DNA from: an uncultured Rhodospirillaceae bacterium
GTDB lineage: Bacteria > Pseudomonadota > Alphaproteobacteria > Ferrovibrionales > Ferrovibrionaceae
DNA length: 28,978 nt
Direction: 5' to 3'
Assembly (NCBI GenBank): GCA_964442055.1
Contig: CAYTWJ010000005.1
Location: 1 to 28,978, forward strand
In this document: piece after piece, positions 1 to 8,614 of the stretch
Position numbering within the stretch: position 1 is the stretch's first letter
How the letters are laid out: every line of letters starts with the position of its first letter
Notes under the pieces: model-generated
Databases searched by the model: none
Told to the model about the DNA's origin: nothing
The model's input: the letters and a program-made list of their open reading frames with translations, nothing else
Made by a program: the position numbers and the translations under genes

Positions 1-213
1 CATCGAGGCGAAGCCGACGGCGACGCCGAGGAACCAGGACCCCGTCTCGTCGGCGACGGTGAAGCCGAGATAGGCGCCCAGCATGTAGAGCGAGCCGTGC
101 GCCAGGTTGACGTTACGCATCAGCCCGAAGACCAGCGTGAAGCCGCTCGCCACCAGGAAATAGAGCGCGGCGAGCGTGAGCCCGTTGAGGAACGTATGCA
201 GGAAAAGCCGCAT
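1..213 (-). CDS. livH: Branched-chain amino acid ABC transporter permease, LivH family (5' part only, runs off the window)
   Basis: Not in the ORF track. Manual translation from ATG at 213 gives [50 protein letters not shown]..., with the typical LivH N-terminal NGL..G(L/F)TL.FG....N.AHG motif. Confidence 0.9.
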   Translation of the reverse strand, partial: MRLFLHTFLNGLTLAALYFLVASGFTLVFGLMRNVNLAHGSLYMLGAYLGFTVADETGSWFLGVAVGFASM

Positions 214-235
214 CGTGCCGCCGCGAATTGCCGCC

Positions 236-1513
236 TCAGACCGCGATCCGCGCCCGTTGCGGGGTCATTTCCGGAGCGCGATGGAAGACACCATCCTTCA
301 TCACCGCGAGCAGGCGGTCGCGCTCCTGCAGGATGCGGATGTTGGAAACCGGGTCGCCGTCGACCAGGATCAGGTCGGCGAGGTAGCCGGGCTTGACCTG
401 GCCGAGCTCGCCGGGCCGGCCCATGATCTCGCCGCCGAGCTTGGTCGCCGACACGATCGCCTCCATCGGCGACATGCCGAGCAGGTTGACGAAATATTCG
501 AGGTCGCGGGCGTTGGTGCCGTGCGGCGTCCAGGCGAAGCCGTAATCGCCGCCCGGCAGCACGCGGATGCCGCGCCGGTGCATCTTCTTCAGGCCGTCGA
601 CGGCGATCTCGAGCTCGCGCTTGTACTGCACCGCCAGCGGCGAATCCGGCTTGATGCCCCAAGGCGAGGCGTCCTGCGAAGTGCGCACCAGCCAGGCCAG
701 TCCCGGAGCGACGAAATGCTTGTGCTTGTTCGCCTCGAGCAGATCGAGCGCCTCCTCGTCTATATAGGAGCCGTGATAGATGATCTCGATGCCGTGGCGG
801 ATGCACATCTTGACCGATTCCGCCGAGCGCGCATGGGCGCAGGCCCGCACTCCGCGACGGCGCGCCTCGGCCACCGCCATGGCGCATTCCTCGTCGGACA
901 TCGGCGTTTCGATGGCGGCGACGCCGGCGATCTCCTCGCCCGAGAGGTTGAGCTTGATCAGATCGACGCCGTACTTGATGAACATGCGGACGGCACGCCG
1001 CATCTCCTCGGGCCCGCTGACGATCACGCCGAAGCTGAGGCCCGGATGATCGATGTGCGGCGGCGTGGTGTCGCCGAGACCGCCCAGCGTGGCGATTTCC
1101 TGGGTGTTGGCCAGATAGCGCGGCCCCGGGATCTGCCCGGCGTTGATCGCATTGCGGATCACCACGTCGAGCCGCGGCTTGGCGGCGGCGGCGCCGACGC
1201 AACTGGTATAGCCCATGTCGAGATAGATCTTGGCGACCGACGCCGCCCATAGCGTGTGCTCCTCGGGCGGCATGCGCTGGATGGCGTCGAGGCTCGGCTG
1301 GTCGTTCCAGCTGAAATGGGTGTGGGCATCGCAGAGGCCGGGCATCAGCGTCGCGCCGGCGCCGTCGATCACCGTATGGCCGTTGCCCGGCACGGTCCGG
1401 CTGCCGCGGCCGACATGGCGGATGCGGTTGCCCTGGACCAGGACCTCGCCGGTATAGGGGTACTCGCCCGAGCCGTCGAGTATGCGGACATTCGTGAACA
1501 GCACGTTCGCCAT
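236..1513 (-). CDS. Metal-dependent amidohydrolase (Xaa-Pro dipeptidase/imidazolonepropionase-like subgroup)
   Basis: PGLCDAHTH (HxH), IKLNLSGE (carboxylated Lys position), CAHA, IYHG and GGDYG metal ligands; C-terminal [13 protein letters not shown]; AAGGAGGA RBS upstream of the ATG. Confidence 0.93.
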   Translation of the reverse strand: MANVLFTNVRILDGSGEYPYTGEVLVQGNRIRHVGRGSRTVPGNGHTVIDGAGATLMPGLCDAHTHFSWNDQPSLDAIQRMPPEEHTLWAASVAKIYLDMGYTSCVGAAAAKPRLDVVIRNAINAGQIPGPRYLANTQEIATLGGLGDTTPPHIDHPGLSFGVIVSGPEEMRRAVRMFIKYGVDLIKLNLSGEEIAGVAAIETPMSDEECAMAVAEARRRGVRACAHARSAESVKMCIRHGIEIIYHGSYIDEEALDLLEANKHKHFVAPGLAWLVRTSQDASPWGIKPDSPLAVQYKRELEIAVDGLKKMHRRGIRVLPGGDYGFAWTPHGTNARDLEYFVNLLGMSPMEAIVSATKLGGEIMGRPGELGQVKPGYLADLILVDGDPVSNIRILQERDRLLAVMKDGVFHRAPEMTPQRARIAV

Positions 1514-1546
1514 CTCACCGTCCTCCTTCGCCGATCGGTCGCGCGC

Positions 1547-2323
1547 TCATCGCGCGCGTCCCGAGTAGAAACTCCTCATCGCCTCGCTCACCTCGCGGGC
1601 GCGTTCGAACGTCAGCCAATGGCCGCAGCGGTTGAGCACCACGACCTGCGCACCTTCGATGCGCTCGGCCATGGCCCGCGCGCCGGATGCGGGCGCCACC
1701 ACGTCCTCGTCGCCGGCAACCAGCAGCGTCGGGCACTTGATGGCGGCGGGGTCGGCGGCCTGCGCGCCAGCCAGGGCCTCGCAGGTGCGGGCATAGCCCT
1801 CCGCGTCCTGGCGCATCAGCATCTCGCGCACCAATGCCGCGGCGACCGCGTTCTGCGCCCTGGTGTCCGCCGAGGTCGCCGCCTGGACGACCGCGTCGGC
1901 GATGTCGGCCATGCCCTCGGCGCGCGCCTTGGCCGCGCGCTCGCGCAGGCGCTGGCGCGCCGCATCGGGCGGCGCCGCCAGCGGGCCGAGCAGCAGCAGG
2001 CTGCGCGCCAGGCGTGGCTGCTGGGTGGCGAGATGCTGGCAGACGATGGTGCCCATCGAATGGCCGACGAGGTGGGCCCGCTCCACGCCCAGCACCCTGG
2101 CCATGCGGACGACCGCGTCGACGAAGCCCTGGATGCTGAGCGTCCCGCCCGCGGCCGAGCGCCCCGAGCCCGGGAAATCGGGGCGGATGGCGCGCAAGCC
2201 GCGCAGCGTCGGCATCTGCGGGGTGAAGGTGTTCGAACTGCCGCCGAGCCCGTGCAGCAGGATCACGGCGTCGCCCTCGCCGTCGATCTCGACGGCCATG
2301 CGCTCGACGATCTGGGTGCTCAT
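1547..2323 (-). CDS. Alpha/beta hydrolase (3-oxoadipate enol-lactonase/PcaD-like)
   Basis: LHGLGGS oxyanion motif, GHSMG nucleophile elbow, GDEDVVAP acid residue and CGHW catalytic His; ATGA overlap with the upstream gene. Confidence 0.92.
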   Translation of the reverse strand: MSTQIVERMAVEIDGEGDAVILLHGLGGSSNTFTPQMPTLRGLRAIRPDFPGSGRSAAGGTLSIQGFVDAVVRMARVLGVERAHLVGHSMGTIVCQHLATQQPRLARSLLLLGPLAAPPDAARQRLRERAAKARAEGMADIADAVVQAATSADTRAQNAVAAALVREMLMRQDAEGYARTCEALAGAQAADPAAIKCPTLLVAGDEDVVAPASGARAMAERIEGAQVVVLNRCGHWLTFERAREVSEAMRSFYSGRAR

Positions 2324-3240
2324 GCGCCGACCTTGGCGCGTGCCCCGGCCGCCGCCGCGGCCGGATGCGCGGCGACCGGGTTCTCGAGGCTGCCGATGCC
2401 GTCGATCTCGATCCGCACGACGTCGCCCGGCTCGAGATATTTCGGCGGGTCGAAGCCGATGCCGACGCCGGCGGGGGTACCGGTGGCAATGATGTCGCCC
2501 GGCAGCAACGTGATTCCGGCCGAGATCGTCTCGATCAGCGTCGGGACGTCGAAGATGAGGTCGCGGGTGTTGGCGTGCTGGCGTCGCTCCCCGTTCACCC
2601 AGCAGGAAACCCAGGTATCGGCGAGATCGATTTCATCCGCCGTCACCGCCCAAGGCCCCATCGGGCAGAAGCCGTCCTGCGACTTGCCGATCAGCCACTG
2701 CTTGTGCCGGCCCTGGAGGTCGCGCGCCGTGACGTCGTTGACGATGGTGTAGCCCCAGACATGGGCCATCGCCTGCTCGCGGCGGATGCCGCGGCCGCCG
2801 CGGCCGATGATCACGCCGAGCTCGGCCTCGTAGTCGACGGCGCGGGAAACGCCGGCATCGACCGGGATGGGGGCGCCCGGCGGGCTGACGCATTCGGGAA
2901 CCTTGGAGAAGATGATCGGCGCCTCGGGCACGGCGCCGGCAGCGGCGCTCGAATCGAAGCCGCTGCGCGCGAACTCGTGGGCGTGGTCGAAATAGTTCTT
3001 GCCGACGCAGAAGATGTTGCGCCGCGGCCGTGGCAGCGGCGCTTCCAGCGCCGCGGTCCCGAGCGGAATCGGCGGTTCGCGCGCGGGCAGCGGCTCGCCG
3101 CGCAGCGCGCCCTCGATCACCGCCAGCGCGCCCGTTTCGGCGGCAGCGGAATCGAGACGCAAGGGAGCGATCTGCCGCGCCGCAGTATCGACGACGCCGA
3201 CGCGACGCCCCCCGCCCTGCCGAAACACTGCGATCTTCAC
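2320..3240 (-). CDS. Fumarylacetoacetate hydrolase (FAH) family protein
   Basis: FCVGKNY, IFSK, DYEAELGVIIG, NDVTARDLQ, KSQDGFCPMGP and GDIIATGTPAG motifs. Start placed at GTG 3240, preceded by GGGAGAGG, rather than the ORF-track ATG at 3318. Confidence 0.93.
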   Translation of the reverse strand: MKIAVFRQGGGRRVGVVDTAARQIAPLRLDSAAAETGALAVIEGALRGEPLPAREPPIPLGTAALEAPLPRPRRNIFCVGKNYFDHAHEFARSGFDSSAAAGAVPEAPIIFSKVPECVSPPGAPIPVDAGVSRAVDYEAELGVIIGRGGRGIRREQAMAHVWGYTIVNDVTARDLQGRHKQWLIGKSQDGFCPMGPWAVTADEIDLADTWVSCWVNGERRQHANTRDLIFDVPTLIETISAGITLLPGDIIATGTPAGVGIGFDPPKYLEPGDVVRIEIDGIGSLENPVAAHPAAAAAGARAKVGA

Positions 3241-3250
3241 GCCCTCTCCC

Positions 3251-3270
3251 TGAACCAATGTTGAACCATT
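3251..3270 (-). promoter_or_regulatory. Candidate GntR operator, copy 1 (AATGGTTCA-AC-ATTGGTTCA on the minus strand)
   Basis: Two tandem 9-bp boxes; 17/20 identical to an inverted copy at 3386-3405 in the same divergent intergenic region. Confidence 0.6.
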
Positions 3271-3385
3271 AGTCTTTCCTTGTTGGCGCATGCTTGCAGG
3301 CGCACTCGGCGATGTCAACAGACACCGCAGGGTTTGCCAGGTTCGCTGCCGGTCGAGGAACTAGGGTGGTTGCGGTAGCCTGGCA

Positions 3386-3405
3386 AATGGTTCAGAATTG
3401 GTACA
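3386..3405 (+). promoter_or_regulatory. Candidate GntR operator, copy 2 (AATGGTTCA-GA-ATTGGTACA)
   Basis: Inverted near-duplicate of 3251-3270, lying 25 bp upstream of the regulator ATG. Confidence 0.6.
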
Positions 3406-3430
3406 CGGAACGCAAGACGGGGACGCTGTC

Positions 3431-4108
3431 ATGGAATACGCTTCCGCCCACCGGATCGAACTCGCGCTTCGCCACAAGATCCAGACCGGGAGCTGGGAGG
3501 CCGGCCGGCAGCTGCCGGCCGAGCGCGTGCTCGCCGGGGAGTTCGGGGCCGCACGCAACACCGTGCGCCGGGCCCTGGCGGCGCTGGAGGAAGCCGGCTA
3601 CATCAGCCGCCATATCGGCCGCGGCACGTTTGTCAACGCGATCGCCTCGCCGCGCGGCGATGGACTGATCGCCCGCTTGCGAGATGCCAGCCCGGCCGAC
3701 GTGATGGAGATGCGCCTGATCATCGAGCCGCAGGTCGCGGCGCTGGCCGCTACCCGGGCGAGCGGGGCCGACATCGAGGCGATCGAGACCTCCCTGCGCA
3801 ACAGCCTCGCCGCCAGGGGCATCGCCGAGTTCGAGCACTGGGACGGCAAGTTCCACCTCGCGGTGGTGGCCGCCAGCAAGAACGCGCTGCTCGCCGATCA
3901 TTGCCATGCCATCAACGAGGTGCGCAACCAGCCGCGCTGGTACCAGCTGAAGAAGCGCTCGCTCACGCCCGAGCGCCGCGTCGCCTACGACAAGCAGCAC
4001 TCGGCGATCGTAACGGCGCTGCGCGAGCGCGATGCCGAACGCGCCGCGCAGACCATGCGCGCCCACCTGCTCGACGTGCAGCGGAGCATGACCGAATTCG
4101 AGCGGTAG
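3431..4108 (+). CDS. GntR family transcriptional regulator, FadR subfamily (wHTH + FCD)
   Basis: N-terminal LPAERVLAGEFGAARNTVRRAL..LE..GYI.R..GRGTFV winged HTH; C-terminal FCD domain (EMRLIIEP, DGKFHLAV, QHSAIVTAL..RD). Confidence 0.95.
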   Translation: MEYASAHRIELALRHKIQTGSWEAGRQLPAERVLAGEFGAARNTVRRALAALEEAGYISRHIGRGTFVNAIASPRGDGLIARLRDASPADVMEMRLIIEPQVAALAATRASGADIEAIETSLRNSLAARGIAEFEHWDGKFHLAVVAASKNALLADHCHAINEVRNQPRWYQLKKRSLTPERRVAYDKQHSAIVTALRERDAERAAQTMRAHLLDVQRSMTEFER

Positions 4109-4310
4109 CCCGGCGTGCCGTCGGGCGCGTCAGGCATCGCGCTGATGTCGATGCCGGCACGAAGCGTCCGGCGACGGCCGGTGAATCCAATGCGGCCGCC
4201 TCCTGTCCGCGAATGCTCGCCAGGAGGACGCGTGTATTCTTGGGCAAAGACACGCGCAGATGCGGCCCGCTCGGCGTGGAGCGGGCGGTGCGCCCGACGC
4301 GGAAGTAGAA

Positions 4311-4326
4311 GTAACCGATCGGTTAC
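4311..4326. promoter_or_regulatory. Perfect 16-bp palindrome GTAACCGATCGGTTAC, candidate operator of the transporter operon
   Basis: Perfect inverted repeat ending 7 bp upstream of a TTGACA hexamer. Confidence 0.6.
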
Positions 4327-4333
4327 CTTCGTA

Positions 4334-4362
4334 TTGACAGCCGACCGAGTTGGCGAAATCCT
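4334..4362 (+). promoter_or_regulatory. Putative sigma70 promoter of the tct operon
   Basis: Consensus -35 TTGACA at 4334-4339; GCGAAATC/AATCCT in the -10 position resembles the alphaproteobacterial GCTANAWC element. Confidence 0.5.
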
Positions 4363-4404
4363 TGTGGCGGTGTTTTCAAAAAATCGCGGGGAGGACAAGC
4401 AACC

Positions 4405-5409
4405 GTGACCAGCGTCAGAGCATTGCTCGCGGCCGCGCTCCTGGTGGGGGCGGCCGCGGCCTGGCCGGCCCAGGCCCAGTGGAAGCCGGAAAAGCCAATC
4501 ACCGTCATCGTGCCCTGGGCAGCGGGCGGCGCCACCGACCAGGTGACGCGCGTCACCGCGAGCGAGCTCGAAGGCGTGCTCGGGCAGAAGATCGTGGTGG
4601 TCAACCAGCCGGGCGCATCGGGCTCGATCGGCAAGAAGAACGCCGCCGAGGCGCCGCGCGACGGCTACACCTGGACCGCCGGGGCGCCGAAGCAGCTCGG
4701 CACCTACAAGCTGCTCGGCCTCTACGACACCGCGCTCTCGGACTGGCACATCTTCCTCACCGTCACCAACGTGGCGGTGGTATCGGTCAATCCAAACAGC
4801 CCGTACAAGACCTTCGACGATCTGCTGGCGGCACTCAAGGCGAAGCCCGGCCAGATCACGGTGGCGACCGCCGGCGCCTCGTCCTCGGGGCATCTGGCGA
4901 TGGAGGCGATCGCCCAGTCGACCGGGCTGAGCTACAAGCACGTCACCTACGACGGCGGCAATCCGGCGGTGATCGCCGCCGTCGCCGGCGAGACCGAGGT
5001 GACGACCCAGCTCGCCACCGAGCAGTCCGAGATGCTGCGGGCGAAGCGGCTGCGACCGCTCGCCGTGGTCGCCCCCGCCGCCATCGAGCTCGCCGGCGTG
5101 GGGCGCATCGAATCGGTGCGCAAGTGGATTCCCAAGGCGCCCGACGTGTCGACCCATTTCGGCCTGATCGTGCCGAAGGGTGTGCCGCAGCCGGTCATCG
5201 CAACGCTGGAGAACGCCTGGCGGAGCAAGATCGCCCAGTTGGCGGCGCTGAAGAAGTACGCCGACGAGCGCGGCGCGATCTTCGACCCGGCATTCGGCGA
5301 GGAAGCCCACAAGAAGGTGTGGCCGACCATCCAGGCCGACGCCTGGATGCTCCATGCCGCCGGGCGGCTCAAGATGTCGCCGGCCGACGTCGGCATCGCG
5401 AAACCCTGA
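4405..5409 (+). CDS. tctC: Tripartite tricarboxylate transporter substrate-binding protein (TctC/Bug), paralogue 1
   Basis: Signal peptide, KPITVIVPWAAGGATD, VVNQPGASG, DGYT and HVTYDGG motifs; GTG start with GGAGGA RBS. Confidence 0.93.
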   Translation: MTSVRALLAAALLVGAAAAWPAQAQWKPEKPITVIVPWAAGGATDQVTRVTASELEGVLGQKIVVVNQPGASGSIGKKNAAEAPRDGYTWTAGAPKQLGTYKLLGLYDTALSDWHIFLTVTNVAVVSVNPNSPYKTFDDLLAALKAKPGQITVATAGASSSGHLAMEAIAQSTGLSYKHVTYDGGNPAVIAAVAGETEVTTQLATEQSEMLRAKRLRPLAVVAPAAIELAGVGRIESVRKWIPKAPDVSTHFGLIVPKGVPQPVIATLENAWRSKIAQLAALKKYADERGAIFDPAFGEEAHKKVWPTIQADAWMLHAAGRLKMSPADVGIAKP

Positions 5410-5430
5410 TCGAACGCAAGGGAGGAGATC

Positions 5431-6441
5431 ATGCAACGCGCAATTGTGACCCTGGCGGCGGCCGTCGCCGCCCTCGGCCAGTTCGCCGCCGCGACGCCGG
5501 CCGCGGCGCAATGGAAGCCGGACAAGCCGATCACCGTCATCGTGCCGTGGGCGGCGGGCGGCTCGACCGACCAGGTGACGCGCGTCACCGCGGCCGAGCT
5601 CGAGGCCGTGCTCGGGCAGAAGGTGGTGATCGTCAACCAGCCGGGCGCGGCCGGCTCGATCGGCACCAAGAACGCGCTCGAGGCGCCGAAGGACGGCTAC
5701 ACCTGGGCCGCCGGGGCGGCGCAAGACCTCGGCACCTACAAGGTGCTCGGCATGCTCGACACCGCGATCCAGGACTGGCACCTGTTTCTCAACGTCGCCA
5801 ACGTGCCGGTGGTCGGCGTCAACGCCAACACCCCTTACAAGACGATCAACGACCTCATTGAGGCGATGAAGGCCAAGCCCGGCCAGATCACGGTGGCGAC
5901 CGCCGGAGTCACCTCGGGCGGCCACAACGCGATGGAGGCGATCGCCCGCGCCACCGGCGTCAAGTACCGTCACGTCACCTACGACGGCGGCAACCCGGCG
6001 GTGGTCGCCACCGTCGGCGGGGAGACCGAGGTGACGACCCAGCTCGCCGTCGAGCAGGCCGAGATGATCCGCGCCAAGCGCATCCGCCCGCTCGCGGTGG
6101 TTGGCGACAAACCCCTCGAGCTCGAGGGCTACGGCACCATCCCGCCGATCACCCAGGTGATCCCGGGCTTCAAGGCGCCGACCAACTATTTCGGCATTTT
6201 CGTGCCCAAGGGCGTGCCGGCGCCGGTGGTGCAGACGCTTGAGAAAATCTGGGCCGACAAGATCGCCGGCTCGGAAACGCTGAAAAAGTACGCGGCGAGC
6301 CGCGGCGCGCTGTTCGCGCCGGCGGCCGGCGAGGCGGCGCAGAAGGCCGTCTTCCCGGCGGTGCAGGCCAACGCCTGGCTGATGTTCGACGGCGGCAAGG
6401 CCAAGCTGTCGCCCGACAGCGTCGGCATCCCGCGGCCGTGA
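5431..6441 (+). CDS. tctC: Tripartite tricarboxylate transporter substrate-binding protein (TctC/Bug), paralogue 2
   Basis: Same motifs (PWAAGGSTD, NQPGAAG, DGYT, HVTYDGG); strong GGAGGAG RBS; colinear with paralogue 1. Confidence 0.93.
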   Translation: MQRAIVTLAAAVAALGQFAAATPAAAQWKPDKPITVIVPWAAGGSTDQVTRVTAAELEAVLGQKVVIVNQPGAAGSIGTKNALEAPKDGYTWAAGAAQDLGTYKVLGMLDTAIQDWHLFLNVANVPVVGVNANTPYKTINDLIEAMKAKPGQITVATAGVTSGGHNAMEAIARATGVKYRHVTYDGGNPAVVATVGGETEVTTQLAVEQAEMIRAKRIRPLAVVGDKPLELEGYGTIPPITQVIPGFKAPTNYFGIFVPKGVPAPVVQTLEKIWADKIAGSETLKKYAASRGALFAPAAGEAAQKAVFPAVQANAWLMFDGGKAKLSPDSVGIPRP

Positions 6442-6454
6442 GGCAAGAGCGCGG

Positions 6455-6479
6455 GCCCGGCGGCGCACAGCCGCCGGGC
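6455..6479 (+). terminator. GC-rich stem-loop between tctC2 and tctB (mRNA stabiliser or partial terminator)
   Basis: GCCCGGCGGC-GCACA-GCCGCCGGGC, a perfect 10-bp stem with no U tract. Confidence 0.45.
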
Positions 6480-6509
6480 TCCGGCTCCCGCGCCCAGGCA
6501 GCGATTTTG

Positions 6510-7028
6510 ATGGATGACAAACCGTCGGCCCGCGCCGACCTGGTATCGGCCGTCGTTTGGCTGATCGTCGGCGGCGCCATCGTCTACGGCTCTTGGACGA
6601 TGGACCGGCTCGCCTACCTGAACATCAATCCCTACACCGTGCCGGGGCTGGTGCCGGGCGTGCTCGGCGCGGCGCTGATGATCATGGCGCTGGTGCTGCT
6701 GGCGCGCGCGCTCCGCCAGGAAGTCGCGGCCGAGGCCGGGCCGGCTGAGGCCGTCACGCGCCTCGATGCCCAGGCGGGTCGGCTTCGGCTGCTGCTCGCC
6801 CTCGCGCTGACGCTCGGCTTCGGCGCCGGGCTTGTCGGCCGGGGGCCGCCGTTCTGGCTCGCCGCCTGGCTGTTCATCGCGCTGTTCGTGTTCCTGTTCG
6901 AGTTTCCCGAGCGGCGCGCGCGGCGCCAAATCGGCCGCGGCGTGGCGGTGGCGCTGGTCCACGGCCTGATCTCGGCGCTCGCCATCCATTTCGTGTTCCA
7001 GGAACTGTTCCTGGTCCGGCTGCCCTGA
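6510..7028 (+). CDS. tctB: Tripartite tricarboxylate transporter small membrane subunit TctB
   Basis: About four hydrophobic segments and a PGLVP motif; lies between tctC and tctA. ATG 6510 preferred; a GTG at 6438 overlapping the tctC2 stop is an alternative. Confidence 0.88.
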   Translation: MDDKPSARADLVSAVVWLIVGGAIVYGSWTMDRLAYLNINPYTVPGLVPGVLGAALMIMALVLLARALRQEVAAEAGPAEAVTRLDAQAGRLRLLLALALTLGFGAGLVGRGPPFWLAAWLFIALFVFLFEFPERRARRQIGRGVAVALVHGLISALAIHFVFQELFLVRLP

Positions 7029-7038
7029 GCAAAACGCC

Positions 7039-8574
7039 ATGTTCGACGGTCTGATCGCCTTCGGCCACTCCATCTACGGCTTCCTCGATCCGTGGTCGCT
7101 CGCCTTCGTGTTCGGCGCCAGCCTGGTCGGCATCGTCATCGGCGCGCTGCCCGGGCTGACCGCCACCATGGGGGTGGCGCTGATGACCACCCTGACCATC
7201 AAGCTGCCGCCCAACCAGGCGCTGCTGATCCTGGTCTGCACCTATGTCGGGGCGATCTACGGCGGCAGCCGCAGCGCCATCCTGCTCAACATCCCGGGCA
7301 CCCCGGCCAATGCCGCCGCCTGCCTCGACGGCCACGCGCTGGCGCGCCAGGGCCTGGCCGGGCGCGCCATGGGCATCGCCACCACCGGCTCGGTGATGGG
7401 CACGCTGATCGGCATGTTCTTTCTCGCCTTCTTCACCCCGGTGCTGGGCGAAGTGGCGCTGAAGTTCGGCGCCTACGAATTCTTCTGGCTCGCCGTGTTC
7501 GGCGTCGTCGTCTCCGGCAACCTCACCGGCAGCGATCCGCTCAAGGGCTGGATGGCGGGATTCCTCGGCCTCTTCGTCGCCTGCATCGGCCAGGAGGGCA
7601 TCCACGCCTACGAGCGCTTCAGCTTCGGCAACCGCGACCTCGCCGGCGGCATCCAGCTCATCCCGGCGCTGGTCGGCGTCTTCGGCTTCGCCGAGGTGCT
7701 GTCGGTGATGCAGGAGCCGGCGCGCAAGGTGGCGATCAACGCCTACGACTCGGTGGTGCCGCGCCTGCGCGACGTGCTGCAGTACTGGCGCACCATCGTC
7801 CGCTCCGGCCTGCTCGGCACGCTGATGGGCATCATCCCTGGCGTCGGCGAAGACGTCGGCGCCTGGAGCTCGTACGCGGCGGCGCGGCGCGCCAGCAAGG
7901 AGCCGGAGAAGTTCGGCAAGGGCTCGATCGAGGGCATGATGGCGGCCGAGACCGGCGACAACGCCGCCGTGCCGGGCGCGGTCATCCCGGTGCTGACGCT
8001 GGCGGTGCCGGGCTCGGCGCCGGCCGCTGTGCTGCTCGCCGCCATGCTGATTCACGGCGTGCGGCCGGGGCCGCTGATCATGGTCGAGGCGCCGCACTTC
8101 GTCTACGACGTGGTGGCGATGATGCTGCTCGCCACCCTCGGCATCCTGTTCTACGGTCTCGTTCTTACCAAGTCGCTGATCCGCGTGCTGCAGGTGCCGC
8201 GCACGCTGATCATGCCGGTGATCTTCGTGCTCTGCACGGTCGGCGCCTTCGCCATCTCGGCGCGGCTGTTCGACGTCTGGGTGATGCTCGCCTTCGGGGC
8301 GATCGGCTTCGTGCTGCGCCGGCTCAATTATCCGATGGCGCCGCTGGTGCTCGGCATCGTGCTCGGCGACATCCTCGACAAGAGCCTGCGCCGCGGCCTG
8401 GTGCTCTCGGACGGCGACCTGACCCCGTTCTTCGTCCGCCCGATCAGCCTGGTGCTGTGGCTCGTCGTTGCCCTTACCATCGCCATGAATGTGCCGGCGG
8501 TGAACGCGGCCGCGCGTTACGGCGCGGCGGCGGTGCGCGCGCGGCTCGCGGCGGCGGGCCTGATGCGCAGGTGA
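7039..8574 (+). CDS. tctA: Tripartite tricarboxylate transporter large permease TctA
   Basis: GALPGL, YGGS..AILLNIPGTP..AA..LDG and E..DNAA..G..IP.L.LAVPGS signatures; highly hydrophobic 511 aa. Confidence 0.95.
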   Translation: MFDGLIAFGHSIYGFLDPWSLAFVFGASLVGIVIGALPGLTATMGVALMTTLTIKLPPNQALLILVCTYVGAIYGGSRSAILLNIPGTPANAAACLDGHALARQGLAGRAMGIATTGSVMGTLIGMFFLAFFTPVLGEVALKFGAYEFFWLAVFGVVVSGNLTGSDPLKGWMAGFLGLFVACIGQEGIHAYERFSFGNRDLAGGIQLIPALVGVFGFAEVLSVMQEPARKVAINAYDSVVPRLRDVLQYWRTIVRSGLLGTLMGIIPGVGEDVGAWSSYAAARRASKEPEKFGKGSIEGMMAAETGDNAAVPGAVIPVLTLAVPGSAPAAVLLAAMLIHGVRPGPLIMVEAPHFVYDVVAMMLLATLGILFYGLVLTKSLIRVLQVPRTLIMPVIFVLCTVGAFAISARLFDVWVMLAFGAIGFVLRRLNYPMAPLVLGIVLGDILDKSLRRGLVLSDGDLTPFFVRPISLVLWLVVALTIAMNVPAVNAAARYGAAAVRARLAAAGLMRR

Positions 8575-8614
8575 GCGAATGGCTGCAAGAGGCGGACCAC
8601 AGCGGGGACACGGA

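Noticed and set aside
4109-4130. GCCCGGCG-TGC-CGTCGGGC hairpin after gntR as an intrinsic terminator
   Set aside because: Short stem with a G-T pair and no U tract; indistinguishable from background in GC-rich DNA.
3985-6468. 827-aa minus-strand ORF and similar long antisense or alternate-frame ORFs (1256-2752, 6874-8634, 12967-15093, 19365-21284, 22800-24215, 26133-27707)
   Set aside because: They are shadows of well-supported genes on the opposite strand or frame. Stop-codon scarcity in 70% GC DNA explains their length, and the translations are Arg/Gly/Ala-rich with no motifs.
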